From: the human T2T-CHM13v2.0 reference genome, Homo sapiens | Length of the DNA: 64,000 bases | Strand: one strand, 5' to 3' | Assembly: GCF_009914755.1 (NCBI RefSeq) | Contig: NC_060946.1 | Shown: one piece after another, positions 16,566 to 30,472 of the stretch | Layout: each line of letters starts with the position of its first letter | Position numbering within the stretch: position 1 is the stretch's first letter | Notes under the pieces: model-generated | Database searches by the model: none | What the model saw: only the letters and a program-made list of their open reading frames with translations | Told to the model about the DNA's origin: nothing | Position numbers and translations under genes: made by a program

Positions 16566-17007
16566 TGTGGAGTCCTAATTAGGGGAAAGGAATCAGGCTG
16601 GTGGGAACAGAGGAAAGCAAAATGAAAAAGCAGGTAAGCCGCTAAGTCTGCCTTTGTTCATGGTCCAGAACACGTAGTCCTCCTGCACAAATAACAACCT
16701 TCCTGCGCCCAGCTATCACCAGACCCCCGGCTCATAGAAAAATGCAAGGTAGCTCACTGCAACCTTGGTGTTTCCAGTACTGCACAAAGCCTTCTTCAGC
16801 ACCCAGCACAAGCACCATCCTATAAAATCTCCAGCAAACCTTTGTCTCTTTGCAGTCAGCTTTTCTCTTGCTGACTTGCCCCTTGCACTCTTGCAACATA
16901 TTTTCATACTTTTTCTAATACATCTGCCTTTTTTACCTACAACTGTCTTGGTACATTCTTTTTACTGCCTGCGCAACACTGGCCCCAGATAGTTGCTGCC
17001 CATGACA
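16566..17007 (+). mobile_element. ERV1 solo LTR (MER83-like)
   Basis: TG...CA termini, start tgtggagtcctaattagggga, internal TATA (cctataaaa at about 16819), flanks gacca/gaccc. The subfamily name is from recall. Confidence 0.75.
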
Positions 17008-17315
17008 GACCCAGACCACATTACCTCCGGGATGCTCCAGGGAAGGGAGAAGGAGTGTGGGAGCCGAAGCGGAGTTGAATTTGATTTTAAAGGCAACAGT
17101 GACAGTATTTGTACCCTGATGAAAATGGTGTAATTTATAGTTGTTACATAAACAGAAGATTCCTGTGAATCTTCAGGAAGATTGAAAAACAAAATAACAA
17201 AACTGCAAGCATTTTAAAAATAGAGAACAGTCTTAAACTCTGTACATTCTGGCCAGGGACCAGGCTGACGCTCAGCCAACGGTGTGCAGGGTGAGGACTG
17301 ACTGGCGTTTCTTAC

Positions 17316-17543
17316 CTGTTCGTCCGTCAGGATTTGGACGCGGCGATTACAAATGGCCCTAAACTCCTCTCTGGAGATGGTGTTCGTTTTCATGGTGTCA
17401 AAATTCTCAAACTCCTGGGTGATGGCATGGTAATGGGAAGTCACTGCTTTGTGGAGGCGAGCCAGGATGTCTCTGTCGGCTGTGGCCTTGGGAGAGGTAG
17501 GCGGCGGGCCTTTGGGCATTTTCTCAGCCCACTCATCAGCTGT
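17316..17543 (-). CDS. EFCAB6: EFCAB6 internal coding exon (228 nt, phase 0-0): TADEWAEKMPKGPPPTSPKATADRDILARLHKAVTSHYHAITQEFENFDTMKTNTISREEFRAICNRRVQILTDEQ
   Basis: Acceptor ctattttgtccAG|A and donor CAG|GTAAGA. EF-hand loop DTMKTNTISREE. Confidence 0.95.
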
Positions 17544-20500
17544 CTGGACAAAATAGAATGGAAATTGATCCATGTGAGAAATAATCGACCACCTCTTGCT
17601 CTGGGCTCCTCACCCAGGGCAAGTTGCAGGGAGACCCAGCGTGGTGGGGAGGAGAGGCCAGAAGACAGCTACAGCCTGGAGGTGGGTTCAGGCAGCCTCC
17701 AGCCCCAGGTCAGGCCCTGCTGAGCAGAAGCCTGGGTTTCCTGCCATGAAGGATCCAGCGAGTTCCCCATGGGGCAGAGCAGTGGCCCTGGAAGGCTGGG
17801 CGGCCAGCACAGAGCCCAGCCCTGGGGAGGGCACACCGTTTACTCTCATCTATTCACGCCTTCAGGCTGTCTTTGGGATCGATTAACAAACACAGTGCGA
17901 GCCTTCCCTGAGAGGCCAGGGAATGAACAGGGATTGGCACCCACATGCTTTCATTTCAGGATGCCAGTTTAGTTGATTACTCACAGTGGTCAACATTTGA
18001 AAGGGGGGTTTTGATGACTGCTGTGCCATTAGACTACAGCTAAATGTTCCTTGAAGCCTGAAACTTTGTGAGACCCACAGGGACTTAACTCTGGGGAATT
18101 AAGTGCAGTGGCATCTGCTAAGGGTGACCTCCCCACAGTGGGCACGGGTCCCAGGCCTGGGTTAGTGCTCTGCCCCACTCCTTGGGCACTGGAAGTCAGG
18201 GGGTTGGAGTGTGGTTCAGGTCCTCATGACACTGTCCTTGGTGCTAAGGACTCTGGAGGAGGGATGTGCACCTAGCCAGGGCTCAGAGATTTCCTGGGAG
18301 GAGGAGGAATTGGCTGTGGAGAAAGAGAGACAGCAGAAGGATTCTTTTACTGATGTGCTGGCAAGAGGGCTTGTGGCCAGGTGAGCTAGGAGGGGCCCGC
18401 AGAGGGCGGCATCCCACCTTCAGCATCTGCGGATGCTCACTGTGGCAGACACATATGACAGAGGGAAGAGCCAGCAAGGGAAGTTACTCAGTGAGCAGCA
18501 GCAGATGATGACAATTGCAAGGGGCCTTATCCTGGGGCCTGTCAGGAGGAGGCACTGGGGAGACTGGGCTCCACGTTGAAGTCAGGCTTGGGAAACTGGG
18601 GCCCAGGGGATGAAGCGAATGGGGCAGCAGAGTCTTGAGCCTCCTGCAAAGAGGCAGGGGTCAGGGGTGGGGGGAAATGGGCAGGGCCTGGGAAGCAGCT
18701 CTGACATGCATCTACTTGCTGAAATCAGAGGAAGGCTCCCAAAGCCAGGCCTGTGGCTGCTGCATCAACAGGGCAGCCCGTGGAGTATGCTGACCTGGAA
18801 GGGGTGGGGCTAGAAGACACGCGTGGGAGTCGGGAACAAGTGAGATTCCCAAGGTGACCACACAAGAAAGCTGTTCCTGTACGTGGGTATATTCTGAGAT
18901 ATACTGGGTTTCCCCACATCAAAGCCCACCATGGCTGTGAGCTTTGATACCAGCTCCTACCATGCCCCTCAGTGCCATGCAAAGGGTTTCACCGGAGTAT
19001 CACTTCTAACCCCTCAACTCCTATTAAAACTTGGTCATGTTTTATTTTAAGCAGCTCGACAGCAATGTATATATTAGATGTTACTGTGTTTTATGACAGA
19101 GAAGTCTACATAATGTATAAAGTCTTTCTTACTTTCTGAAACTGTGCCAAATACAGGATGCTGCTGGGAATGTCCTCAGAAATCTAAAGCTACACACATA
19201 CACTAAAGCCAAAGCCCACCACATCCTCCACCATGCAAAGGCTAACGGAGCTTCTATACATCTTCATTTGGAGCCATTTGTGAAGTAAATGAATGTCTTT
19301 TTTATTTTAGAAAATAAAAGTGATATTGCTGATGCATTTTGAGTATCTTTAGGATTCAAACAGTTGCAAATGCACTTCTCAGACCCAAATACACGAGCAT
19401 GTCCCTAAGGGATGTTGGCATCAACAGAGTAGAGGAGCCTCTCCTGGACATAGAGCCATACCTCTCAGTCCATCCTTACGGTTTCAGAACTTCAGGGCCT
19501 GAGGAGGACAGGGCCTCACGTAAACATTACTGGAAAGAACACAGGTGGATGGAGCCCAGCATGGGAAGATGGGAGTCCTGGGTCTGAGTCTAGACTCTGC
19601 CCCTACCCGGCTGTGTGCCCCTCCAGTAAGTTGCTTACCCACTTTTTGCCTTGGTTTCCTCATCTACCCAGGAGGAATAAGGGCTCCCCTGAGATGATGT
19701 ATATGAATGTTCTCTGAAAGTATTAAAGCATGAAACTAACTGGAAATACTATGAGTCTAACAACAGATATGGAAGAATTCTAACAAAGTATTATGTGCAA
19801 CCTTAGGTTAATATGCTCTAAACTTCAGACGAAATTGAACAGTTTTCTAGCAAAATTCAATTTAATTGAATTAGCAAATAAAGATTCAATTTAAATTGAA
19901 TTAGAAAAGAAAGTATTTAAAGTATTAGAAAGGCCTGAATAGACAGGTAACCACAAAAGAAATGAAAAAGGCTGTTAAAAGATCTACCATCTATCATTAA
20001 AAAGGTGTTAAGCCCAGATGATTTTAAAGGCAAGCTGTATGGAACCCTTAAGGGATAGATAATTTTTACATTAGTCAAAATATTCCAGAACACAGAAAGA
20101 GTCATATTCCAATTATTGTATATTACACAAATACCAAAATATGATAAAGAAAACATGTCAAAAGAAAAAATAAAAGTCAGTCTAGTTATGGCCATTAGTG
20201 CAAAAATTCTAAAATAAAATATTAGAAATATTTAGCACCATATTTAAAAATAACACACCAAGATCAACTACGGTTTATTTCATGGATAAGAATGCAAGAA
20301 TTGGCAAATCTTTCAATTCCTTACTTTAGTGAAGGCCACATGTCAACAGATAGCAGAGGCATTTGACAAAATTCAGCAGCTATTCCTGATAAAATGGTAT
20401 AAAATAGAAATAGAATGGGATGGATGAACTATATATAAATAAAACATTGTAAACATGAGTATTAATCAAAAATTATCTGTAAAGATTATATTAAATGGAT

Positions 20501-20845
20501 GAACTACTAAAGCATTAAAATCAGGAACAAAATAAGCATGATTTCACTTCTTCTATTCACATTTTTAGAAGTTCCAGCTTTTGAAATAAGACAAGAAAAT
20601 AAAATCAACATGTAAATGTTGAAAACTGGTATCATTATTTGTGGATATGACTGTATAGGTAGAAAATCTCAATGGCATTTAGGAAAGTGGCTGGATTCAA
20701 GCTAAAAGTACAAAAAAGCAATGCCATTCTTTTATGGTCACTGTAAGTAGTTCAGGATTGAGATGTGACAAAAATTCACAGTCGCATTAATGACAAAGCA
20801 ATTGAATACCTCTGGATAAATGCCATATGAAAGGTACATATGACA

Positions 20846-21377
20846 CAGGCATACCTCATTTTTTTTTTTGCGCTTTGCTTTATTGTGCTTTGCAGATATT
20901 GTGTTTTTTATAAACTGAAGGATTGTGGCAACCCTGTGTCAAGCAAGTCTATCAGCACCATTTTTCCAAAGTATGTGCTCATATCATGTCTCCATGTCAC
21001 AGAGAAATCGTTCATGAAAGAGACAGTCAATTGATGTGGCAAACTTCAATGTCTTATTTTAAGGAATTGGCAGTGCCACCCCAGCCTTCAGCAACCATCG
21101 ACATTGAGGTGGGACCCTCTACTAGCAAAAAGATTACAAGAAGATTACTTGCTGAAGGCTCAGAAGATCACCACCATATTTTAGTAATAAAGTATTTTTA
21201 TTAAGCTATGTAATTTTTTTAGACATAATGCTATCGCACACTTAATAGACTACAGTATAGTGTAAACATAACTTTTATATGCATCAGTAAATCAAAAAAT
21301 TCATTGACTCATTTTATTGCGATATTTGCTTTGCTACGGTCTGGAACCAAACCTGCAAAGTCTCTGAGACATGCCTG
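20846..21377 (+). mobile_element. Tigger1 (internally deleted TcMar-Tigger DNA transposon)
   Basis: TIRs CAGGCATACCTC and gagacatgcctg(TA), with characteristic gctgaaggctcagaagatc and cacttaatagactacagtatagtgtaaaca. Confidence 0.88.
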
Positions 21378-21391
21378 TATGAAGAAATGCC

Positions 21392-22484
21392 ACATACATG
21401 GGCAAAGACTCCATGACTAAAACACCAAAAGCAATTGCAACAAAAGCCAAAATTGATGAATGGGATCTAATCAAAGTAAAGAGCTTCTGCATAGCAAAAT
21501 AAACTATCATCAGAGTGAACAGGCAACCTACAGAATGGAAGAAAATTTTTGCAATCTACCCATCGGACAAAGGCCTAATATCCAGAATCTACAAGGAACT
21601 TAAATAAATTTACAAGAAAAAAACAACCCCATCAAAAAGTGGGCAAAGGATATGAACAGACACTTCTCAAAAGAAGACATTTATGTGGCCAATAAACATA
21701 TGAAAAAAAGCTCATCATCACTGGTCATTAGAGAAATGCAAACCAAAACCACAATAAGATACCCTCTTACGCCAGTTAGAATGGTGATTATTAAGAAGTC
21801 AGGAAACAACAGATGCTGGTGAGGCTGTGGAGAAATAGGAATGCTTTTACACTGATGGTGGGAGTATAAATTAGTTCAACCATTGTGGAAGACAGTGTGG
21901 TGATTCCTCAAAGATCTAGAACCAGAAATATCATTTGACCCAGCAATCCCATTACTGGGTATATACCCAAAGGATTATAAATGATTCTACTATAAAGACA
22001 CATACACATGTATGTTTATTGTGGCACTATTTACAATAGCAAAGACTTGGAACCAACCCAAATGCCCATCAATGATAGACTGGATAAAGAAAATGTGGCA
22101 CATACACACCATGGAATACTATGCAGCCATAAAAAATAATGAGTTCATGTCCTTTGCAGGGATATGGATAAAGCTGGAAGCTATAATTCTCAGCAGACTA
22201 ACATAGGAACAGAAAAGGAGACACCACATGTTCTCACTCATAAGTGGGAGTTGAACAATGAGGACACATGAACACAGGGAGGGGAACATCACACACTGGG
22301 GCCTATTGTTGGGTGGGGGGCAAGGGGAGGGAAAGCATTAGGACAAATACCTAATGCATGTGGGGCTTAAAACCTAGATGGCAGGTTGATAAGTGTAGGA
22401 AACCACCATGGCACATGTATACCTATGTAACAAACCTGCATGTTCTGTACATGTATCCCAGAACTGAAAGTAAAATTTAAAAAA
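21392..22484 (+). mobile_element. L1PA 3' fragment (ORF2 C-terminus and 3'UTR)
   Basis: ORF 22012-22206 is L1 ORF2 C-terminal sequence (MFIVALFTIAKTWNQPKCP). Ends catgtatcccagaactgaaagtaaaatttaaaaaa. Confidence 0.93.
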
Positions 22485-23522
22485 TGCCTGTATAAACAAT
22501 GTGTATAAATAATATACATATTATATTACAGTTACTGAAGCAAGACTGGAATAAATAGACATATTATGTTCCTGGATATAAAGACTCACTTTCAAAAGAG
22601 AAATCCTTTCTCAAGTTATAAATAAGCTTAATAAAATTCTAATAAAAATCTCAATGGATATTTGGGAGAATCATTAGACATATTGATATCAACATTGATA
22701 TTAAAAAATAACATGTGAGAATTACCATGAAATTTTTGGAAAAGGATAGGAATGAAGTTTTTGACTCACCAGATATTAAAGTTGCCATGAATTTGATATA
22801 ATCAGAGTAATATAGCTAGGTTCAGAAATACACAAATATATCAATGTACAACTACTCTGGCAGTGAGTGGGAACTAAGTCTCTACTGTGCTGAGCCCTTA
22901 CATCATAAGACCTGTTTGTTATAGCATTATAAAAGTGTTAGAGAACAGTGTGGTCAACGTAAAGGTAACCTTGGGTAGGGGCAGCCATGCTCTCAGGAGG
23001 GAACACCATGCCACAGATGCAACTGGCTGGGACATGGCCCTGGTTGGGGTGGCCACTGCAGGCCTCCTTGAGGAGGAAATGGCTGAGGTGGGTGCCACGG
23101 GAAGTGCAGGTGGAAAGAGATTAAAAACCCAGCGTGGGAGGTAACATTATCCTCCTCAACAAGCATGGACGTGAAGGTCCGGGAGGCCGAGAAATGCCTG
23201 AAGTCACAGAACCAACAGAGTGGCGCCCGGATTCTACCCAGGCTCCTGGCCTGCAAACACATGCTTTCCTAGACGTGCAGAGAGCTGCAGCCACGGTCCA
23301 GGTCATGGTGATAGGTCCCCGCCCTCACTTGGGGAGGCAGGGGACGGACACAGGTGTTGCCACGGAGAAGCAGAAGCAGCCCAACTGCGTGGCGGCGTGG
23401 GGAAGGTGCTGGGCACCTATCAGCCTCCATTGCATGGAGGTGGCTGGCCGCCCGTGCAAATACTCTTTTCCTGCTTGCAAAAGGAAGTATTGCGTGTTCA
23501 CTATAGAAAACTTAGAAACTAC

Positions 23523-23832
<310 letters not shown>

Positions 23833-24950
23833 GAAAACTTAGAAACTACAAAAAGGCACAAAGGAAAAATGATCACTGAAAACCCCGCCCCCCTCAGCCA
23901 CCACTGTCATTGCCTCAGAGCAGAAGGGAGGAACCACCGACCTGGGGTCCCCAGGCCCCATGGATGCTGCCGCCCAGAGAACCACACCGCCCCGCCCCCA
24001 CACACCCAGTTGCTGGTGGGAGAGCGCCTGGGTTTTCCATCAAGGGCATTTTGGCTGAGAATCTGTTAGGCACCGTATTCTGGTTCCCATTTCACTTTTT
24101 AGCAAAGCTGCTCAGCCGCCGCCAGCCTCGCTCGAGTGACTGGAGACGCCAGAGAGGAACAGATGGCTCTTGGTCTGGCGCTTCTGTGTCCCTGGCACTT
24201 CTCACGTGATCATTATATCTGAATGGGGGAAAAAATAATGCTTTTTCTATAACTAGAAGAAATGTTTCTCCTAATCAAAAAAGACACCACTATCTTCAGA
24301 TGCAAATGACACGTTCCAATATTAACTGCGCTTTACATCAAAGGCCCCCTCAGGACAGAAATCACAGCTGCAACAGGAAGAGCAGGGCTGCAGGAAAGGC
24401 GGGGGCTCGGCTGGGCCCGGTCCGTGCTGGGCCCGAACACCTCACACTCCCCAGCTTATCTGGCAAAGATAAGCTCCTGGCTGCTTCTGGTGACTTTTAA
24501 AGTTCAACAAGCAAACAAACAAACAAAATGGAGTGCAGTCATATGCACTCTAGGTCTGACCTCAACAGAGAACCATTTACGTGTTTTCAAGGGGTTTTAT
24601 TTCAAGTATTCAAAGATATTCATGGGACCTTGTTTGAGCAAACAATTGCCCTTCTAGATGTGGCAAAGACAGCCCACCACTACCAGAAGGAAAATTCTTG
24701 GCCCCTTTGTGACTACACCGTAATATTGGCAAAATACATAAAAGAAATAATGTCCCAATACATGAAGTATACAGTCATCAAAGAGGCTACTCACACCCCA
24801 CTTTGATGGGGTGCTTCTCAGCTTCAAATGTATCCATGTATCTTGCTAGTAAAAAGCAAGTCACAGCTTCAGAATCTAAACCCCTGGTTCTAAAATCCTG
24901 CCATGACATAGGAATCACCCAACAGGCTGCCCCAACGCCACAAGTTCTGG

Positions 24951-25271
24951 GTTGGGGGTGGGAGGGAGGCAGCCCGGTCAGGGGTGGGAGGGAGGCAGCC
25001 CAGTCAGAGGTGGGAGGGAGGCAGCCCGGTGGGGGGTTGGAGGGAGGCAGCCCAGGTCAGGGGTGGGAGGGAGGCAGCCTGGTGCGGGGTGGGAGGGAGG
25101 CAGCCCGGTGGGGGGTTGGAGGGAGGCAGCCCAGGTCAGGGGTGGGAGGGAGGCAGCCTGGTGCGGGGTGGGAGGGAGGCAGCCCGGTGGGGGATGGGAG
25201 GGAGGCAGCCCGGTGGGGGATGGGAGGGAGGCAGCCCAGGTCACAGGTGGGAGGGCAGTAGCCCAGTGGGG
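24951..25271. repeat. G-rich minisatellite, about 12 units of 25-29 bp (GGGGTGGGAGGGAGGCAGCCCGGT[CA])
   Basis: Tandem units read directly from the sequence. Explains the repetitive ORFs at 24803-25583. Confidence 0.95.
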
Positions 25272-25689
25272 CATGGCCTGCTGTCTCTATTATTGTCCTT
25301 GGCTCTGCTCAGGGTCTCTCCGGGTAGGCACAGCACGGCCGCCTGCTGCTATCTGGGACGAGCCCTTCAGGGAGGCACAGTGCTGGGATTCCCAGCCCAG
25401 GTCCTGGCCTGCGGCACCAGGGCCAGACCTGCCCTTGTTCAGCGCCTCACAGGGTGCGCTCCTGAGCAGCAGGCAGCACCAGTAACCAAGCGCCGCCTGC
25501 CAGGGCAGAAGGAACGCGGCCAGGGCCAGCCTAGGCTGGAAGAGGCGGGCTTGGGCCTGAAGAGTGGGGACAGCCCATCATAAACCCAGGGCTCAGGCTG
25601 CCCCTATCTTGTTACCTTGGGTAAGATGCACCCCTAAATTGGCCTCCCTGTCCTCACTGGGGTAAAGTGGAAATAAAAACAGCCACCTC

Positions 25690-25955
25690 TTTGGAAAGTT
25701 CAAGAGGGGAGGACTGCTTGAGCTCAGGAGCTTGAGACCAGCCTGGGCAACATGACAAAACCCCATCTCTACAAAAAATACAAAAATTAGCTGGGCAAGG
25801 CATGCACCTGTGGTCTTAGCTACTTGGGAGGCTGAGGTGGGAGGATCACTTGAGCTTGGGAGGCTGATGCCATGGCGAGGCCTGATCTTGCCACTGCACT
25901 CCAGCCTTGACGACAGAGCAAGACCCTGTCTCAAAACAAAAACAAAACCAAAAAC
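25690..25955 (+). mobile_element. Alu (AluJ-like, 5'-truncated)
   Basis: Alu body from the tttgg.a.g position, with TSD aaa(a/c)cagccacctc. Confidence 0.88.
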
Positions 25956-26532
25956 AAACCAGCCACCTCAACGGCAGGCCTGGGATTTCACCAACACAAC
26001 CCTCAAGGCATGTGGCCCAGAGCCTGCCGCGCTGCTGCTGCTGCTGGTGATTACAGATATTTCTGCAGGAGTTGGGAACTCAGACAGACGTGGGTTGAGT
26101 TCCTGGCTAACACCAGGCTATCATGAATGATCCGAGGATGGTGCATCCTGGTGCCCATTACTGCCTGCAGCTCAAACCACCCAGCCAAGGAGCTGGAGGC
26201 ACTTCTAAGGCAGAAGCCAGGTCTGAGACTTGGTCATAGGAGCCCAGGCACACAGTGGCCATGCCACAGAACTGCGTCTCTTGACCGGCTGCGGTGAGCT
26301 CTGGGCAGCAGGGCTGTGGGGGTCCAATCACAGGCTCCAATTGAGGTGAGGGCCCAGTGCCACCATCCTCTAGCTGCAAATCACTAAGGCAATCACTTCA
26401 CCTCTCTGGGCTTCCATCCTCCATCTGAGAAATGGGGATAACCACACCAGTTAGAACTACCCTGCCAGAGTCATTCCGGGAAAAGACAGGCATCTTCCAG
26501 GACATCCCCCATGCACTTTAGGAAGGAGCTGT

Positions 26533-26840
<308 letters not shown>

Positions 26841-27389
26841 AGAAGGTGCTGTCCTCCCTGGCGTCTGAGATAAAGGCAAATTAACTTTTGTCCTGCAAGG
26901 AACTCACCTGTGTGGCGGGGAAAGCTCTAAGGGAGAAGCTGCCTTACTCAACCCAAGCCAGGGGCGGGAGCAAGCCCTGAGGTGAGAGTTAAGCCCAGTG
27001 CAAGAACTGGCTAGAGAGGGGAGGGCAGGCTCCCTAAGGGTCAAGAGAACCTGAAATTGTTGTTAGTTCACGTTCGGTTTTATTGTCCTCCTGTTTCAGC
27101 AGCTCTATGAGGTGGCCCCAGTAAAGAGCCCTCTAATATCCTGTCAGTATGTCCAGCCTTGTTCTTGGCTGGCTTTAAAATCAGTTTTCCACCAAATTGT
27201 ATCCTGAACGACTTCTATGGATGATCGGGAAGACAGAACTTCATAGAAGGGGGTGGTAGACTTGTCAACTAAAGCCGCAGAGCTGGAGAGGCAGCAGTGC
27301 ACGTGCGTTTGCTTTCTTGGGGTCTGTCACCTCTATGGCCCCCCTGCTTCTGTTCACCCTGTCTGTGTGCATGCCCTTTGCCAGGGGGG

Positions 27390-27764
27390 GCTTTGTGGCA
27401 GCTCCCACTACAGAAGCTGAGAGTATTTCCCCGCCCCTTGGCTTTGGATTCCGCCATATGTCATGCTTTGGCCAGTGGAATGTGGGTAATTACAATGTGA
27501 TGGAAGGATGAAGGAGCATTTGCGTAATTGGGCAAGCCCTCTTGCACCTACACCATTGCCTTAGAAGACAGGCTCTGGCCATCACACAGGACCAAGGAGG
27601 AGAATGACAGAGATGAAGAGCAGAGTCATCCTAGCGAAGATGGCAGAGCTTAGCCCAGCCTAGATCAGCCCCCACAGCTGTGAAAACTGAATGAATGGAT
27701 GTTATTGTTTCGTGGCCCTGAGGGTTTATGGTTGCTTGTTACATAGTGATAGCTGACTGCTACA
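27390..27764 (+). mobile_element. MaLR solo LTR (old MLT1G-J-like)
   Basis: gctttggccagtggaatgtg ... gttgcttgttacatag.gatagctgactgctaca terminus. Confidence 0.65.
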
Positions 27765-28801
27765 GTTCTGGGTTTCTATTGAGTAAGAAGTAAAAAGGGA
27801 TGAGCTTAGAATACAGACAGGACAAGTAAGCTGTTGAGCACAGATGGCTTTTTAGGCATCAGTGTTCCACGAAATGGACATATTGCAAAGGGGCTTTGTG
27901 GCCCTTGGTGAGTATCCAAGATGGCGGTCACCCACCCTAGAACAACAGGTTGTGACAAAGTGGTTAGCAAGGTCCATCTAGCTGCTAGACTAGAAATATA
28001 TCTGCATATTAATGTAATTATGAAGTTTATAATTAGCTCATCTGACTGTATGATTCATATACTAAGTTTTGTTCTGAATACTTACAGAGACAATTATATG
28101 GTTTTTTTCTATGATTACTTACAGGAGAAAAAAAAAAAGTCCTGAAACTTCACACAGAATAAGAACTCAGCAGGTAGCAAAAACTCCTAATTAGAAACAC
28201 TGAGTAAAGAATTCCTCACTTCCTTTTAAAGAATGGTGTAATTACTTCTAAGAATTGAAAAATTACTTCATTTTATCAAATATTTTGATTAGCAAAGAAA
28301 TTAATTGTACTGTATCTTCATTTGTATTTACAGTGAATAAATGAATGCTAAAAATAACAACAGCAGGAAAACTGCCTGTCAAAAAAAAAAAAAGATAAAA
28401 CATTAAAAAATCCAGATGAAAATAAAGTGGAAGCTCTGAGGAAGCTGCCTGCTACAGACCTCGCTGCCGGATCAAGAAACGGACGCTGGCCTCCGAAGGG
28501 CTCAGCACATGCCTGAGGGGAGCCTCTGGTGCATCAGGAGGTCAGGCCCAGGTTATTGCCTGATGGGAGTAGATACTCCAGCACGCTGTTTGCACAAGTG
28601 AGGCAGTTTCACCAGATTTCCAGGCGCAGTTCCAGGCTTTCTGGTGGCATAACTGCTGCCCAGGCGTGGGATCTCTTACCACACAAGGATTCCTTCTGGG
28701 CAATGAACAACAGCTAATCCGAAGATTCCAGAACTTCCTTTGCAAAGGCCATCAGTCAAGTCAAGCTTCAAGTGAATTCAACCAGTGCTTACTGAAAACT
28801 G

Positions 28802-29194
28802 ACCCCAGAGTACCAGTGGCCTTCCTTCCTGCGTCTCCTTTACCCAGGCACTGAGCTGGGGAACAGGGAATCTTCTCTGGTCCTCACATCACCCTGAGAG
28901 GCAGCCGTGGCTCTCCCTGCTGTATAGACAAAGTAAGTGGGGCTCAGTTCCAAGCTCCTGCCAGCAGGTGCTGGAGATGGAGATTGTCTGACTCCAAAGC
29001 CATGCTCCTCCGATTTCACCCAAGTCCAACCACCTATCACATGTGCAAGAACACAGAAGCCTCCTGAAAATCCCAACTCAGCAACACTGACCAGGGCTCA
29101 TGATGTGCCAGGCACACTCCCATGCAGGAGTGACAGAGCAGTGAGCCAAAACCCCCACCCCTGGAAAAGCTCATGTTTTGAGACGCCCACCCAG
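28802..29194 (+). repeat. 393-bp local direct duplication, copy 1
   Basis: Aligns without gaps to 30080-30472 with about 23 mismatches (about 94% identity). Confidence 0.95.
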
Positions 29195-29472
29195 GGAGGC
29201 AAGCAAGGGTGGAGTGGACCACCTTACTAGCTCGGCCCCTCGGCTCTCCAGACAGAACCCTTTGCCATGGGCCTCCCCCACTGCCCTGCCCTGGCCATGC
29301 CCAAAGTGTGGTGCCCTCCCAACCCCTGGGCTCTGGAAGCACTAACTCTCCTCCCAGGAAGCCCCGTCTCCTGGTATCCACCTGGGCTGGCTCCTCAACT
29401 CAAGCTTCCAGACTCAGTGCAAGCTCATCAGAAAGCCATTTCTGCCCATCCTTCCCCCACTCAGAGTTAGGT

Positions 29473-29538
29473 CATCCTCCTCCTCATCATCCTCCTCGTC
29501 CTCCTCATCATCCTCCTCGTCCTCCCCCTCCTCCTCCC
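29473..29538. repeat. (CCT/CAT)n low-complexity tract
   Basis: cctcctcatcatcctcctcgt twice, then cct repeats. Confidence 0.85.
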
Positions 29539-30079
29539 AGCTCTCTATGCCCTCCTCAGCCATACAGCTTGACGTTCACAAAGGATCTATGCTGAGACCT
29601 TTGCAAACACCGATTCACAAATCCTCCAGTAGCATGGAATTGCCATACAATGCAAAGAAATAAAAGGGAAACATTTATGCCACCCTTCCACCCTTTAATG
29701 ATTCAATAAATTCATGGGTGAAGTCATTTATAAAAACTATTAAAATAAATTCTTCCACCCAAATAAATTCTATGCCACTTAATCACATCATTACTGAACA
29801 TTAAACATGCACTCACCGAAATAGGATAGAATACAAAAATAATAAGGAATGCAAATGTTTGGTGTTTGCTGTGTCAGGTACCAGGCAAAGCTCTTTCTAC
29901 ATTCACTTGCTTAATCCGAACAATGAGCCTAGGAGGCACACACCAAACAGTTCTCATTGCTCAGGAAGGGAGCGGGGAGCATGGACCTTGGAACTGGCTG
30001 GCATTCGAATCCTAGCACTAGCATTTCTAATGGTGTGACTGGGAAAGAATGTTTCTACCTCTCTGTTTCCCCCTCTGGT

Positions 30080-30472
30080 ACCCCAGAGTACCAGTGGCCT
30101 TCCTTCCTGCGTCTCCTTTACCCAGGCACTGAGCTGGGCAACAGGGAATCTTCTCTGGTCCTCACATCACCATGCGAGGCAGCCACAGCTCTCCCTGCTG
30201 TACAGACAAAGTAAGTAGGGCTCAGTTCCAAGCTCCTGCCAGCCGGTGCTGGAAATGGAGACTGTTTGACTCCGAAGCCATGCTCCTCCGATTTCACCGA
30301 AGTCCAACCACCTACCACATGTGCAAGAACACAGAAGCCTCCTGAAAATCCCAACTCAGCAACACTGACCAGGGCCCATGATGTGCCAGGCACACTCACA
30401 GGCAGGAGCAACAGAGCAGTGAGCCAAAACCCCCACTCCTGAAGAAGCTCATGTTTTGAGACGCCCACCCAG
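30080..30472 (+). repeat. 393-bp local direct duplication, copy 2 (embedded in a MIR)
   Basis: Offset 1278 bp from copy 1, with MIR-core sequence on both sides. Confidence 0.95.

Larger units (their letters stand above)
19720..22850 (+). mobile_element. Old L1M ORF2 remnant hosting a Tigger1 and an L1PA
   Basis: Decayed ORF2 motifs: agcccagatgatttta, gcatttgacaaaattca, aaatcaggaacaaaataag. Confidence 0.65.

Noticed and set aside
18921-19255. Short similarity between aaagcccacca...ccatgcaaagg at ~18921-18990 and ~19211-19250
   Set aside because: Only two ~11-bp matches with different spacing, too weak to call a duplication.
24803-25583. Gly/Arg/Trp-rich ORFs of 152-199 aa
   Set aside because: They are translations of the G-rich tandem repeat in all frames, with no splice or gene context.
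29209-29595. Pro/His-rich ORF (PPPHHPPRPP)
   Set aside because: Translation of a CCT/CAT low-complexity tract, antisense to the gene.
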